Assembly: GCF_000092465.1 (NCBI RefSeq)
Contig: NC_014205.1
Location: 1,200,001 to 1,232,000, forward strand
Source: Staphylothermus hellenicus DSM 12710
Lineage (GTDB): Archaea > Thermoproteota > Thermoprotei_A > Sulfolobales > Desulfurococcaceae
Direction of reading: 5' to 3'
Length of the DNA: 32,000 bases
The notes below the pieces were generated by a model. It made no database searches, had not been told where the DNA came from, and saw nothing but the letters and a program-made list of their open reading frames with translations. Below, one piece after another: positions 1 through 9,751 of the stretch. Both the position numbers and the translations under genes were made by a program. Position 1 is the first letter of the stretch, and each line of letters starts with the position of its first letter.

Positions 1-510
1 ATTGGGTCTTTCACTGGGATTCACATCTGTTACTTTGATCCAATAAGTAGTGCCGCCATCAAACATTCCTGGAAGCTTCGTGATGTTTACCCAGTTATAA
101 CCTATACTGACTGCAACATAATCGCCAACTGTCTTATTGAATGGTGCATAGACTGGGACCTGTATAGTGGCGGGAGTGCTGGCTACCACGTCACCCATGT
201 ATATGGGACCAATATATACAGCATCTCCGGATGCTATCGTAGCGCTGCCGTCCTTTGAGAACCATACCCATATTTGTGCACCGCTAATAGAAGTGTTTCT
301 AAGATCAATTGCTAAGTACTGACCTGTTCCTAAGAAAGCAGGTACGCTTAAGGGATCGCCTGTGGTAATATTTGTGCCGTTGAAGAAGTATACTGTGGGT
401 CTGCCAGTTATTGTTGCGCGAGCTATTTGGATCACTGGTAATGTGCCAATTCCTAATGCCAATACCATTGAGACAAGTAGTATTATTCCAAACAAGGATC
501 TTGTTGTCAT
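1..510 (-). CDS. Secreted/cell-surface protein, N-terminal 170 codons (ORF runs off the left window edge)
   Basis: Own minus-strand translation. ATG at 510-508, GGAGGAG about 7 nt upstream. Reads MTTRSLFGIILLVSMVLALGIGTLPVIQIARATITGRPTVYFFNGTNITTGDPL...WIKVTDVNPSERPN with no stop down to base 1. Signal-peptide-like N-terminus and several N-x-S/T sequons. Absent from the ORF track because it has no stop in the window; the listed 305..529(-) and 362..568(+) ORFs are other frames of this region. Confidence 0.6.
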   Translation of the reverse strand, partial: MTTRSLFGIILLVSMVLALGIGTLPVIQIARATITGRPTVYFFNGTNITTGDPLSVPAFLGTGQYLAIDLRNTSISGAQIWVWFSKDGSATIASGDAVYIGPIYMGDVVASTPATIQVPVYAPFNKTVGDYVAVSIGYNWVNITKLPGMFDGGTTYWIKVTDVNPSERPN

Positions 511-758
511 ATATGACTCCTCCATACAATTCACTCTTTTGTTTTATACTATAACGGAAGGTATTTAATATTTACTACCAATAAAAATCCATATATCCCC
601 CCTTTTTACCCGGGGATCAGGGGTGTATGGGCCAAGTAAAGGATGAAGCCCTGGCTGTGTATCTATTATTAATACATAAATACCAAGTATTAACTATGAA
701 TAAAAATAATAATATTGTAGAATCCGTATTAAGGTTTTCCATAACATAAATAAGGTTT

Positions 759-2711
759 TTATATAATCACTACAATTAGCGATTCCACCAAGACTGTGTC
801 TAATGTATCGGGATCTCTAAGATCGTATTTTACAGGCGTTATTTCAAATAAGTATGTTCCAGGTTCTAGATCCACTACTATCTTATTCTCTCCTGGAGAA
901 ATAATATAGGTAGTATCCGGTTGAATACCGAATATATTGAACAATAACTGGTTATCTTTGATCCTGTATACTGTTATTTTTAGGGAGGTGTTATAGGGAT
1001 TATAAACTGTGAACGAAATATTAGAGTATGCTTGAACATATGTTGTAGTTGATAAATCTGATAATTCATGTTGAAAAATTTTTACTTGTTTATTGAATGG
1101 TTTGCGCGGAATATAATTTTCAATTATTGACCTGGTCCTCGCGTCTTTAATTAATAAGAGCCTTGGTAAGGGTGCTCCTAGAGTTGTAGGGGCTTGTTCT
1201 GTATTTAAATATATTGTTCTACAAGCTTCATATCCTAGACAACTATATTGGTTGCTGATCGATGTATTCAATATAACTTGTAGGAAGGGCCCATAACCTT
1301 GTGAGGGTTCAATAGGCTCTGCTGAAATGTAGTTGTCGCCATCAACCGCGTAAGTATATTGATCTAGAGCCGCATATCTAGTGATATACTCTTCTTCTCC
1401 TATGGGTATCCATATTTTGATTGGTTTGTAACTGCATCCTATATTCCAAAGAGCTGATATATAAGTGCTAACAGTATTGGCACTCTTTATATTGATATAG
1501 TTGCTCTCCATATAGTAGAACTGTCTTGGAACCTTAACTATTGCTGGATTATATGAGTAGTTTATGATTTCGTATCCGTAGATCGTTAAATTTGCCTCAA
1601 TTAACATATCCGGCCCTACAATATAGTTCTCGTATTCAGTATAGTAGTTATAGGCTAGTACGAGTATATTGTTTGTTAAAAAGTATCCGATACTATTTCC
1701 CTCAAGGTATAGCATATAATGTGGCTCGGAAGATATGTATTCAGTTCTGTGTTTTGCAGTAACTTTTCCAGTAAAACTCGATGTAGGCGTTAATAGAAGT
1801 GGATACGCTGCCTTGTTTTTATCAATACTAGACACTGTTTGATCATTGACTCTTTCCTTAGAGAGATAAACATTTCCCCAACCATACAGTATGAACTGGT
1901 TGTTGGTATTAGCTTTAAATGTTAATCCTACGGTTGAAATAGCACTGCTCCAGGAATAAGTCTTGTAGTATGTAATATAGTAAACGTCAATGGTGTAATT
2001 TTCTATTTTTAAGCTGAACAAGTATTGCTTACCTGGATGATGTAGATTGACATGTATAGTTTTTCTAACGGGAGAATATACTTCGATCCTTGCTGGATCC
2101 ACATTTTTTATTGTTATGTTAATGTGTATGGGATTATTGAGCTTATAGTAGTTTATTGATTCATTACCATCGAATACGATTACTCTGCTAATGTTTCCTG
2201 TAACGGGGTTATAGAATTCGCTGAGCTGGTTATTGATCAGCTTTGTGATCAATGTTTTGTTAATATAGCCGTCTGCATACTTGTTTATATCGCTTAATCC
2301 TTGAAGAACGGGATCTTTGAGTGGATTATAGTATTCAATTATACCATTCTCCGTTATGATGCCCAGTCTTATAGGGGATCCATTGTAGTTGTTCAATATA
2401 TACAGTATTGTATCATTATATATGAGCCTATCTACTTTCCTGAATAATACAGTGCCATTATGGAATTCTGCGAATAAATAGGATATTTTAATAGGTGATA
2501 TGGGTTTTATTGCTAAACCTAGCTTTCCATGATCATATTTTAGCGATAATATTGGCTGGTTAGCCAGATCCTTTACATACTCGATTTTCCTACCCATTAA
2601 TGAACTTACATCGGAATTCATTCTTTCTATTGTTACCAGATAATGCGTTGCTAGGAGGCTTAGTATAATTATTGATAAGAATAATGCGTAAACATTACTT
2701 ATAGCATTCAA
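759..2711 (-). CDS. Large extracellular protein with N-terminal membrane anchor (hypothetical)
   Basis: 650-aa ORF. N-terminus MNAISNVYALFLSIIILSLLAT is hydrophobic. Y/N/T-rich, beta-rich composition with many N-x-S/T sequons. Its ATG overlaps the stop of the upstream pilin-like gene by 4 nt (2708-2711). Confidence 0.75.
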   Translation of the reverse strand: MNAISNVYALFLSIIILSLLATHYLVTIERMNSDVSSLMGRKIEYVKDLANQPILSLKYDHGKLGLAIKPISPIKISYLFAEFHNGTVLFRKVDRLIYNDTILYILNNYNGSPIRLGIITENGIIEYYNPLKDPVLQGLSDINKYADGYINKTLITKLINNQLSEFYNPVTGNISRVIVFDGNESINYYKLNNPIHINITIKNVDPARIEVYSPVRKTIHVNLHHPGKQYLFSLKIENYTIDVYYITYYKTYSWSSAISTVGLTFKANTNNQFILYGWGNVYLSKERVNDQTVSSIDKNKAAYPLLLTPTSSFTGKVTAKHRTEYISSEPHYMLYLEGNSIGYFLTNNILVLAYNYYTEYENYIVGPDMLIEANLTIYGYEIINYSYNPAIVKVPRQFYYMESNYINIKSANTVSTYISALWNIGCSYKPIKIWIPIGEEEYITRYAALDQYTYAVDGDNYISAEPIEPSQGYGPFLQVILNTSISNQYSCLGYEACRTIYLNTEQAPTTLGAPLPRLLLIKDARTRSIIENYIPRKPFNKQVKIFQHELSDLSTTTYVQAYSNISFTVYNPYNTSLKITVYRIKDNQLLFNIFGIQPDTTYIISPGENKIVVDLEPGTYLFEITPVKYDLRDPDTLDTVLVESLIVVII

Positions 2712-3166
2712 GGCTTTAACACCACTACACCATTATTTGTTTCCAAAAATGCTTCTGGAGAGTTTGATCTTATTCGGAAAACCATGCCGTGATCAATAAT
2801 TGTTGTATTCTTCCATCCATTATCTATATAGGCTTCTACAGGCGTTGAAACATTTATGGGATCGCCATAGTTGTAAGCATAGATATAGCCGTTACTATAC
2901 ATTATATAGGAAACCCTAATCTCTCCATTATCACTTGTTAATCCATTACCTACATGTAGCATGCTTGGAACAATATTGCTAACAATTAATGCTGTACCTG
3001 ATATCACTAATACTAATAGGATCGCCTCTGAGACAAAACTTGATAAACCCTTCACATAGCCTCCCCTAAGCGGTAGATTATCTTTATAAAGAAGCGGCAT
3101 AGGCGAAAGTATTCTTTTAGTGAAATAAAATGGATATTTACAAACTAGACCGATCTTTTTCTCCAA
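2708..3166 (-). CDS. Putative archaeal type IV pilin-like protein (class III signal peptide)
   Basis: ...LPLRGGYVKG|LSSFVSEAILLVLVISGTALIV matches the [KR]G|hydrophobic-stretch pattern cleaved by archaeal prepilin peptidases. The mature part is about 110 aa and beta-rich. The real start may be the internal Met (codon 3098-3100), which would remove the 22-nt overlap with the upstream gene. Confidence 0.55.
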   Translation of the reverse strand: MEKKIGLVCKYPFYFTKRILSPMPLLYKDNLPLRGGYVKGLSSFVSEAILLVLVISGTALIVSNIVPSMLHVGNGLTSDNGEIRVSYIMYSNGYIYAYNYGDPINVSTPVEAYIDNGWKNTTIIDHGMVFRIRSNSPEAFLETNNGVVVLKP

Positions 3167-4356
3167 GACAAATATAATAGTAGAATAGCAATACCTACAC
3201 TAATAGAACAAATAATTATACCATAGATATTCGGGCTAGAGATCTTGATTGTATATGATGCAACAACTATGCCGGACTCTGTGAGTCCTAAAGCTGATAA
3301 TTCATAGCCGTTGAAAACCAGCTTGATAAACATACTATTCTCTCTACCCGTAAGTCTAATCAATTTATCAGGCTCTACATTATCAGTATGGTAGAGGATT
3401 ATTACAGCATTAATGCTATTATTGCTTTTAATATAGCCTGATAATGCTGCCAAATTATTGTCTTGAAATACTAGTATATCTGTAAAGGAGATATTGCCTA
3501 ATAGTGGCTCCGGCTTATTAATCGTTTTCCCTTGGAGAGATCCCATTGCTGATGCTTTGAATAGTTTATAATTATGACTCATAAAATCTTTGGTAAGAAC
3601 AAATACTGAGTCATCGCTTTGGGAAACCGTGAGCGTAACAGGGTCGAGAGGCCCTAATGGAGTGAACCGTATTATTTTACCGGTTTCATCAATATATAGA
3701 AGAACTGATCCTTGTAATGTAGAGTTAACTAATGCATAAATATATCCTTTCTCAGAAACAGCTAAGTCAACGACGTAGTCATACCCTTTCAATCCCCAAG
3801 TTATAGTCCAATGAGTATAGTTTATTAACGGGTTGATCCTAGATATATAAGCTTGTGTCTTTAATTTTTCATTATAAGTTAATCCTCCAAGAATTACTGA
3901 TCCATCACCATATACTTCAACATCGAAGATAAGTGTTGTAAAGCTTATGTTTGGTTTATAGACCTTATCGATGATGCCATTATCCCTCAGGTATAAAATA
4001 TAAATATTGTTTCTAGCACCTGCAAAAGCTGAAACAACCACGTAGTTTCCCGAATGTCTTATTGTAATAGGATAAACTTTTCCCTCACCAGGAGGGCTCC
4101 ATGGTAATTCCCATTGAACTATTCCATCACTTGATAGCTTCCTAATAATGATTTTATCCTCAGAAGCACTTGATACAGTATATAGGGAATTCTGGGATGC
4201 AGCGATATCTACAGGCTCTTCTCCAAAACCAAACTTTTTAACCCAATTCTCGGAAACAACAATGTTTCCAGCACTGAGAAACTGAAACAATATATATAGA
4301 ATTGCCAAAGCAATAGCTGTTATACAAAGAATTCTAATGATGTTTTGTCTATTCAT
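3145..4356 (-). CDS. Membrane-anchored extracellular protein, repeat/beta-propeller-like (hypothetical)
   Basis: 403-aa ORF. N-terminal TM (ILCITAIALAILYILFQFL) and C-terminal TM with basic tail (IIICSISVGIAILLLYLSWRKRSV). The body has recurring short beta-strand motifs (YVVVSA, IYILYL, YIYALV, VFVLT). Confidence 0.7.
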   Translation of the reverse strand: MNRQNIIRILCITAIALAILYILFQFLSAGNIVVSENWVKKFGFGEEPVDIAASQNSLYTVSSASEDKIIIRKLSSDGIVQWELPWSPPGEGKVYPITIRHSGNYVVVSAFAGARNNIYILYLRDNGIIDKVYKPNISFTTLIFDVEVYGDGSVILGGLTYNEKLKTQAYISRINPLINYTHWTITWGLKGYDYVVDLAVSEKGYIYALVNSTLQGSVLLYIDETGKIIRFTPLGPLDPVTLTVSQSDDSVFVLTKDFMSHNYKLFKASAMGSLQGKTINKPEPLLGNISFTDILVFQDNNLAALSGYIKSNNSINAVIILYHTDNVEPDKLIRLTGRENSMFIKLVFNGYELSALGLTESGIVVASYTIKISSPNIYGIIICSISVGIAILLLYLSWRKRSV

Positions 4357-4460
4357 TTAAACACCACCATAATTATGATGAATACATCCTTAATATTGCT
4401 CAACCAGCTTTTAACGATATAAAAATATTCTAATATTCCATTTATCCAAAAACGAATTAG

Positions 4461-4517
4461 TCCATAGATCTATTGAACATGGTATATTAAAGCTTTAATT
4501 CGTAGAAGATCTATGGA
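4461..4517. repeat. 11-bp inverted repeat (tccatagatct / agatctatgga) enclosing a 14-bp perfect palindrome attaaagctttaat (4486-4499)
   Basis: Read directly from the sequence. Lies immediately 3' of the rps25e stop (4520) and about 100 nt upstream of the 3145..4356 gene start. Function (terminator hairpin or operator) is unknown. Confidence 0.5.
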
Positions 4518-4519
4518 TA

Positions 4520-4786
4520 TCAAGCTTTAATGTATATAGGTGTTCTACCACCACTATATAGTACCAATAATTTTCTATTAGCAGCTTCACGCAGTAATTT
4601 CTTAGCAACACTTATCCGTATATTATATGCTTGTGCAAGAGTATATGGTGTTAGTATGTTAAATGCCCCACGTTTCAGATCTCGTTCAAATCTCTTTATG
4701 AGTTCGAGGGTTAGATCTATTTGTGAAGCAATCGATACTCTAGATGCCCCACTGCTTTCTTTTTTGCCTGGCTTATTTCTCACCAT
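4520..4786 (-). CDS. rps25e: 30S ribosomal protein S25e (eS25)
   Basis: 88 aa with a basic N-terminus followed by ...ILTPYTLAQAYNIRISVAKKLLREAANRKLLVLYSGGRTPIY, the winged-helix core typical of archaeal/eukaryotic S25e. GGTGA Shine-Dalgarno-like motif about 7 nt upstream of the ATG. Confidence 0.85.
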   Translation of the reverse strand: MVRNKPGKKESSGASRVSIASQIDLTLELIKRFERDLKRGAFNILTPYTLAQAYNIRISVAKKLLREAANRKLLVLYSGGRTPIYIKA

Positions 4787-4930
4787 AGGTGCTCACCTGC
4801 AACCCAGAATCCTTCCTAGTCAACAATAGCTTGTAATATGTAATTAAATAGTTTTTCCTCCTACTTAAAACAAAGTTGTTTCATCTATAATGTTTTAAAA
4901 GCATGATAACATGGAATCGGGTGAAAATGG

Positions 4931-5698
4931 TTATTTACTAAATATTAAGGCTAGAGCCGCAGCTAGAATCCCGGATAAGTATATGCCATCAAATGTGCCA
5001 GCACCACCTATACTTAGAAATGATGATCCATACACGTTGATGAATTTATAAAATTCTTTTTTGAGCCTTAAAATATCTGCTCCTATCAGGCTCCCCAACA
5101 CTCCCCCCACATAAGCTATAGGAACAGAATAAATGGGATTATTTATAAGCAGTAAGGTTGTGATAACAGCTGTTAATGGTGGAACTAGGCCAGGCACAGC
5201 TATACCTACTCCAGGTATTGCCTTTGCAGACAAATATGAAGTTATCGTAGTCATTAATATAACAAGTAATGCTGTTACGAAAAAACCTAAGTCCTTAATG
5301 AATAGATTACATAGTATTATAGAACTGATCATTAATGGTATAAGCGCTCCACCAACATTGATCGCGACAACTATTTTACGTGCAACAATAACAGGCATAA
5401 CAATAGGCACTGGTATACCATAGAAGAAAACATATTTCCGCTGAAAATTTATAGTATAACCCCCAGCCATATACTCCTTCAACACTATGTTTATCGGGCT
5501 CAAAACCAGGCTAAACAAAAACATCATAAAGCCTAGAACAACAGAAGCCCTTGTATTAAATCCAAACAAAAAAGTTAAAAAGCTAAAAACACTTGGCGCT
5601 AAAAGACCCAAAGGAATTAAGAGCACTAAGTAGAACATAAAGTAAAATGGATGTGTTGGAAAAGACACTATTACCCTCTTTTTCGAATACTGCTCCAA
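4931..5698 (-). CDS. Polytopic integral membrane protein (DUF1614-like)
   Basis: 255 aa with about 6-7 hydrophobic spans. Motifs NVGGALIP and IGADILRL resemble my recollection of the DUF1614 family; the family assignment is from memory only. Confidence 0.65.
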   Translation of the reverse strand: MEQYSKKRVIVSFPTHPFYFMFYLVLLIPLGLLAPSVFSFLTFLFGFNTRASVVLGFMMFLFSLVLSPINIVLKEYMAGGYTINFQRKYVFFYGIPVPIVMPVIVARKIVVAINVGGALIPLMISSIILCNLFIKDLGFFVTALLVILMTTITSYLSAKAIPGVGIAVPGLVPPLTAVITTLLLINNPIYSVPIAYVGGVLGSLIGADILRLKKEFYKFINVYGSSFLSIGGAGTFDGIYLSGILAAALALIFSK

Positions 5699-5877
5699 GA
5701 TTATATCCTACTCATTAGCTTTTCACTTATATCGAATTTTAAACCAATTATTGACTAATAAGATTACCTCTAAGAACTATATAGCTAGAAAATAATATAT
5801 GGACGATTGTTTAAAGAATAAAATACTGAGAAAATCTATAAACTTGATTACTAAAATAATATTGATGCTGTACATAT

Positions 5878-5953
5878 GCGGCGGTCGTCTAGCCTGGACT
5901 AGGACGCCGGCCCCCCAAGCCGGAGATCCCGGGTTCAAATCCCGGCCGCCGCA
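5878..5953 (+). tRNA. tRNA-Gly (anticodon CCC)
   Basis: Hand-folded cloverleaf, 76 nt. Acceptor GCGGCGG/CCGCCGC, D-stem GTCT/GGAC, anticodon stem CCGGC/GCCGG, loop CCCCCAA, T-arm CCGGG-TTCAAAT-CCCGG, discriminator A. No encoded CCA. TATA-like taaaataat lies about 25 nt upstream. Confidence 0.9.
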
Positions 5954-6047
5954 CTTTACCTATTCCTTCATTAGTTCCATTATAAAATGATCTGTTTTTA
6001 TATTAACGTATTAGTTTATTTTTAAGTTAAAACTATTTTAATTCTAG

Positions 6048-7577
6048 GTGATGAAGAACATGGTTTTTGGAGTAATTGGGCGAGAAGGTGTCAGCTCTCA
6101 AATATATACTGCTTCTCTCGCAGGCTTACGTGTTTTAGAGAATGGGGGTAATGCGTTTGATGCCGCTATTGCTGTAAGTAGTGTATTATCTATAATGTTA
6201 CCTTATACAGGTGGTATTGGAGGCGACGGTTTTTTACTTGCGAAGACGGGAAATGGTGAAATCATAGCTTATAATGGATCAGGCCGTTCATCCAGAATAT
6301 TTCCTGTAGATAAGTTTATTTTAGGAAGACCTGAAAGAGGACCTCTAACTATTACAGTGCCGGGATTAGTTGACTTATGGGATTGGGTTTGGGAAAACTA
6401 TGGTTCAAAAGATCCTCTTGAAATATTTAAATATGCTATAAGCCTAGCTGAAAACGGCTTCTATGTATCGGAACAATTAAACAATGCAATACATTCATCA
6501 TATAGTTCCCTACAACAATACAGTATGTGGAAATCCACATTTGGAGCCTATCGCACCGGAGATATTGCTAGACTTCCAAGATATGCTAGAGTATTAAAAA
6601 TAATATCGAGGAGAGGATTTAGAGAGTTCTATGAAGGAAAACTAGCTGAGGAAATAATCGAAAAACTCCGGAACCAAGGCGTCCCAATAACATATGAAGA
6701 CTTCTCGACCCATAAAGGTGAACCAGTTAATCCGCTAAAGACAAACTATAAAGGCTATAAACTCTTCGAGCTCCCACCAAATACTCAGGGCATAACCACG
6801 CTTGAACTCTTAAAATTAATTGAGTATTCAGGAATTAACACAAAACCTTATGATAGTATCGAGAGAATCATTGAATTTTTTAACTTAGCAATAGCAGCTT
6901 ATGATGATAGAGATAAATATGTTGCTGATCCCTCTTATTACAGATTTGACCCATACAAAATATTGTCGAGGAAATATTTAGTAGATAGGATAAAAGAATT
7001 CGCATCAAACAGAAACAACGAACTAACATCTATGGATACAACCTTCTTTATTACAAGCGATCGATACGGAAACATTGTGGGTTTTATTCAGAGCATCTTT
7101 TATCCTTTTGGTTCGGGAATAGTTGTTGAAGATATACCTTTCCAGAACCGAGCCATAGGATTTACTCCTGAAAAGAACCATCCTAACAGCCCTGCTCCAA
7201 GAAAAAGACCAAAACATACATTATCAATCTTATTAGCTGAAAACGATGAAGAAACATATATTATAGGTTGTGCAGGAGGGGATCTTAGACCACAAATACA
7301 CAGCATAGTGTTTACAAATATCGTAGACTATAACATGAGCTTAGCAGAAGCAATACACGCACCTAGATATATAGTTACGAAATACCATGGGAGACAAATC
7401 CTAAGAGCAGCTATAGAGAGAAGCCTGGGCATAAGCCTCAATAATGAGAACATAAAAATAATCGATGCATTATCACGCAGTGTCGGCAACGTACAAGCCA
7501 TTAAAGCTCACAAGAAAGGCTACTATAACTTAGCAGCCGATCTTAGAGGAGGCGGGATTGCATTGGCTCATAACTAA
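6048..7577 (+). CDS. ggt: Gamma-glutamyltranspeptidase family protein
   Basis: 509 aa. The autoprocessing/catalytic Thr region MDTTFFITSDRYGNIVGFIQSIFYPFGSGIVV aligns with the GGT TTH...DxxGNxV...FGSG signature. The N-terminal FDAAIAVSSVL...GGIGGDGF block is typical of the family. Confidence 0.85.
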   Translation: MMKNMVFGVIGREGVSSQIYTASLAGLRVLENGGNAFDAAIAVSSVLSIMLPYTGGIGGDGFLLAKTGNGEIIAYNGSGRSSRIFPVDKFILGRPERGPLTITVPGLVDLWDWVWENYGSKDPLEIFKYAISLAENGFYVSEQLNNAIHSSYSSLQQYSMWKSTFGAYRTGDIARLPRYARVLKIISRRGFREFYEGKLAEEIIEKLRNQGVPITYEDFSTHKGEPVNPLKTNYKGYKLFELPPNTQGITTLELLKLIEYSGINTKPYDSIERIIEFFNLAIAAYDDRDKYVADPSYYRFDPYKILSRKYLVDRIKEFASNRNNELTSMDTTFFITSDRYGNIVGFIQSIFYPFGSGIVVEDIPFQNRAIGFTPEKNHPNSPAPRKRPKHTLSILLAENDEETYIIGCAGGDLRPQIHSIVFTNIVDYNMSLAEAIHAPRYIVTKYHGRQILRAAIERSLGISLNNENIKIIDALSRSVGNVQAIKAHKKGYYNLAADLRGGGIALAHN

Positions 7578-7592
7578 TTTTTTACAGATTCT

Positions 7593-8390
7593 CTAAAATA
7601 TTGTTGTAGAAAGCATTCTAATTCCAGCATAAAATAAGATCGATCCTATAATAAGTCTTAAATGCTGAGACCGTGTTTTAATAGCTATTCTAGGCCCAAT
7701 ATTTGCACCAATTACCGCTCCTAAAACAAACGGCAAACCAATAAAATAGTTTATATCATTATTTAACGCGTGACGTATAGCCGCAGATATAGATGAAGGA
7801 AATATTACAAAAGTAGATAATGCAACAGCAAAATGAACAGGAATCTTCATGACTGATAGAAATAAAGGCATATTAACAACTCCTCCCCCAGTACCAGTTA
7901 AACCAGCTACGAACCCGGATAATAAACCGATTAATACAGCGATAAAAGGCTTATTTACCATATAGTTGTTGCCAACATATTGCTGAGAAGTACTAGTTTT
8001 TATTCTTTCTAGTTTTTTCCTTAGAAACCCGTATATTAACCGTATAGAGTAGAATAAAATAAATATAGATATAATTAACCTAAGAATCCAATCATTTATT
8101 ACGCTTACAAGATACGCCCCCAAATACGAGGCGGGGATCATACCTATCAGTATCATTATTCCTTGTTTAATCATAACTTTTCGAAGTCTAAGATAATTTA
8201 TCGTACCAAATAACGATATAAAAACAATAACGAATTTACTTGTACCAATGACCTCGTTTATAGGTAGACCTATAAAATAGAAATAGGGAATCATAAATGC
8301 GCCTCCACCAATACCAGCCATTGTTGAAAGAACAGCTATCACCAATCCCCCAATAAAGTTTGCAAATAATAACAATATTTCTATACCCAT
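7593..8390 (-). CDS. TauE/SafE (TSUP) family anion exporter membrane protein
   Basis: 265 aa, about 8 TM, with two internal repeats each carrying the G-rich motif (AGIGGGAFMIP and LTGTGGGVVNMP) typical of DUF81/TauE. Confidence 0.8.
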   Translation of the reverse strand: MGIEILLLFANFIGGLVIAVLSTMAGIGGGAFMIPYFYFIGLPINEVIGTSKFVIVFISLFGTINYLRLRKVMIKQGIMILIGMIPASYLGAYLVSVINDWILRLIISIFILFYSIRLIYGFLRKKLERIKTSTSQQYVGNNYMVNKPFIAVLIGLLSGFVAGLTGTGGGVVNMPLFLSVMKIPVHFAVALSTFVIFPSSISAAIRHALNNDINYFIGLPFVLGAVIGANIGPRIAIKTRSQHLRLIIGSILFYAGIRMLSTTIF

Positions 8391-8633
8391 AATTTCTCCC
8401 TACATAAGTAGCATTTCCAAACGTGTGATACTATAATAAATCACTATAATCAATTAACACAAATAAATAAGCATAATAAATTTAACGAGTAATCTATGAT
8501 CCCATGGACAAAATCTATCTAACAATGTAAATTAATAATTCATGAAGCCCTGAACCAGCAAAATAAGCTGCTCTAAGCTACTTAGATAGTATATTTATAA
8601 ATATATAGATAACAACTATAATTAGGGATACAT

Positions 8634-9452
8634 ATGTCTAGATTCCCCATAGATTATAATGATAGAAAACCAATTGGAAAAACCGGCGAAACTATCACAG
8701 CTATAGGACTTGGAACATGGGCTATCAGGGATTATTCGAGAGCTTATAAGACATTTGTATATGCTATAGAAAATGGCATTGATAATATAGATACTGCTGA
8801 AATGTATGATAGTGGAAGAGCTGAGGAATTCGTTGGCAGAGTTGTTAGAGAAGTTGGAAAAGATAAAGTATTTGTAACCACAAAAATGCTTCCACAACAC
8901 CTCGTATCCACTGATGAAGTGTTAAAAGCTGCTAAAGCAAGTCTTAAGAGGCTGGGTCTCAGCGAGGTTGATTTATTCTTAATTCACTGGCCTAATAGGA
9001 ATCTATCTATAGAGGAGCAAGTAAGGAATTTTGAGATCGTTTATGAAGAGGGATTAGCTAGATATATTGGTGTGAGTAATTTCAATGTATATGAGCTTGA
9101 AAAAGCTATTCATGCTACTCGAAAAGCAGAGATAGTAGTTGACCAAGTTCATTATAGTGTTTTAACAAAGGACATAGAGAAGGATCTGCTACCATATGCT
9201 ATTAAAAACGGTATAACTATTCAAGCGTATACACCGTTAGAAAGAAGCCGTGTATCGCATCATCCAACTATAATAGAGATCGCGAAGAAGATCAATAAGA
9301 CACCTGTACAGGTAGCACTAAACTATCTGATCTCTAGACCTAACGTTGTTGCCATACCTAAAACTGAAAACATAGAACATGTAAAGGAAATAATTGGAGC
9401 TATGGGATGGAGGCTCGGAGAAAAGGAAATTAGCATGTTAGAAAATATTTAA
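8634..9452 (+). CDS. Aldo/keto reductase
   Basis: 272 aa. AKR blocks GLGTW, IDTAEMYDSGRAEEFVG, LFLIHWP, IGVSNF and IPKTENIEHVKE. Confidence 0.9.
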   Translation: MSRFPIDYNDRKPIGKTGETITAIGLGTWAIRDYSRAYKTFVYAIENGIDNIDTAEMYDSGRAEEFVGRVVREVGKDKVFVTTKMLPQHLVSTDEVLKAAKASLKRLGLSEVDLFLIHWPNRNLSIEEQVRNFEIVYEEGLARYIGVSNFNVYELEKAIHATRKAEIVVDQVHYSVLTKDIEKDLLPYAIKNGITIQAYTPLERSRVSHHPTIIEIAKKINKTPVQVALNYLISRPNVVAIPKTENIEHVKEIIGAMGWRLGEKEISMLENI

Positions 9453-9662
9453 CCTTCTATTAATACATACAACTGCTATTCTATTTTTTACCCCTTTGTG
9501 ACAGATATGTTCGACCACTATAGCACAGTAGTGTTTCAGAATTAAACATAACAAAGTTTAAGCTAATAGAATAATCTCATACAAGATATGACATTTATAT
9601 CTAATACAGTTCAAACTTCTTCTTCAATATAAAGAAGGTTCTTGGTTCTAGCACTAATACTA

Positions 9663-9681
9663 TATGCTAAAGCTTAGCATA
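9663..9681. repeat. Perfect 8-bp inverted repeat tatgctaa-agc-ttagcata
   Basis: Read directly. About 70 nt upstream of the 9752 ATG in a 300-bp intergenic region. Candidate operator or small hairpin. Confidence 0.4.
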
Positions 9682-9751
9682 GATGAGTTATTGTTATTAG
9701 CGTCTTAACATAACCCATATCTTAGATGCGTCTATACGAGGATCAGGGCTT

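Noticed and set aside
594-662. A GC-rich patch (atcccc...ggggat hairpin, gggc...gccc) between the 650-aa gene and the edge ORF, considered as a small RNA
   Set aside because: It has only short stems, no C/D, H/ACA or kink-turn boxes that I can place, and no second copy for covariation. It may simply be a terminator or spacer. The evidence is insufficient.
4530-4829. Antisense shadow ORFs in the track, for example 4530..4829(+), 5133..5423(+), 14723..15094(+), 19464..19859(-), 20808..21089(+), 30209..30679(+)
   Set aside because: Each lies entirely opposite a longer ORF with clear family motifs or membrane-protein character. They have low-complexity or odd composition and lack start-site context.
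5799-5990. The 63-aa ORF overlapping tRNA-Gly, and likewise 25759..25971(-) overlapping tRNA-Ile
   Set aside because: These reading frames run through tRNA genes and are spurious.
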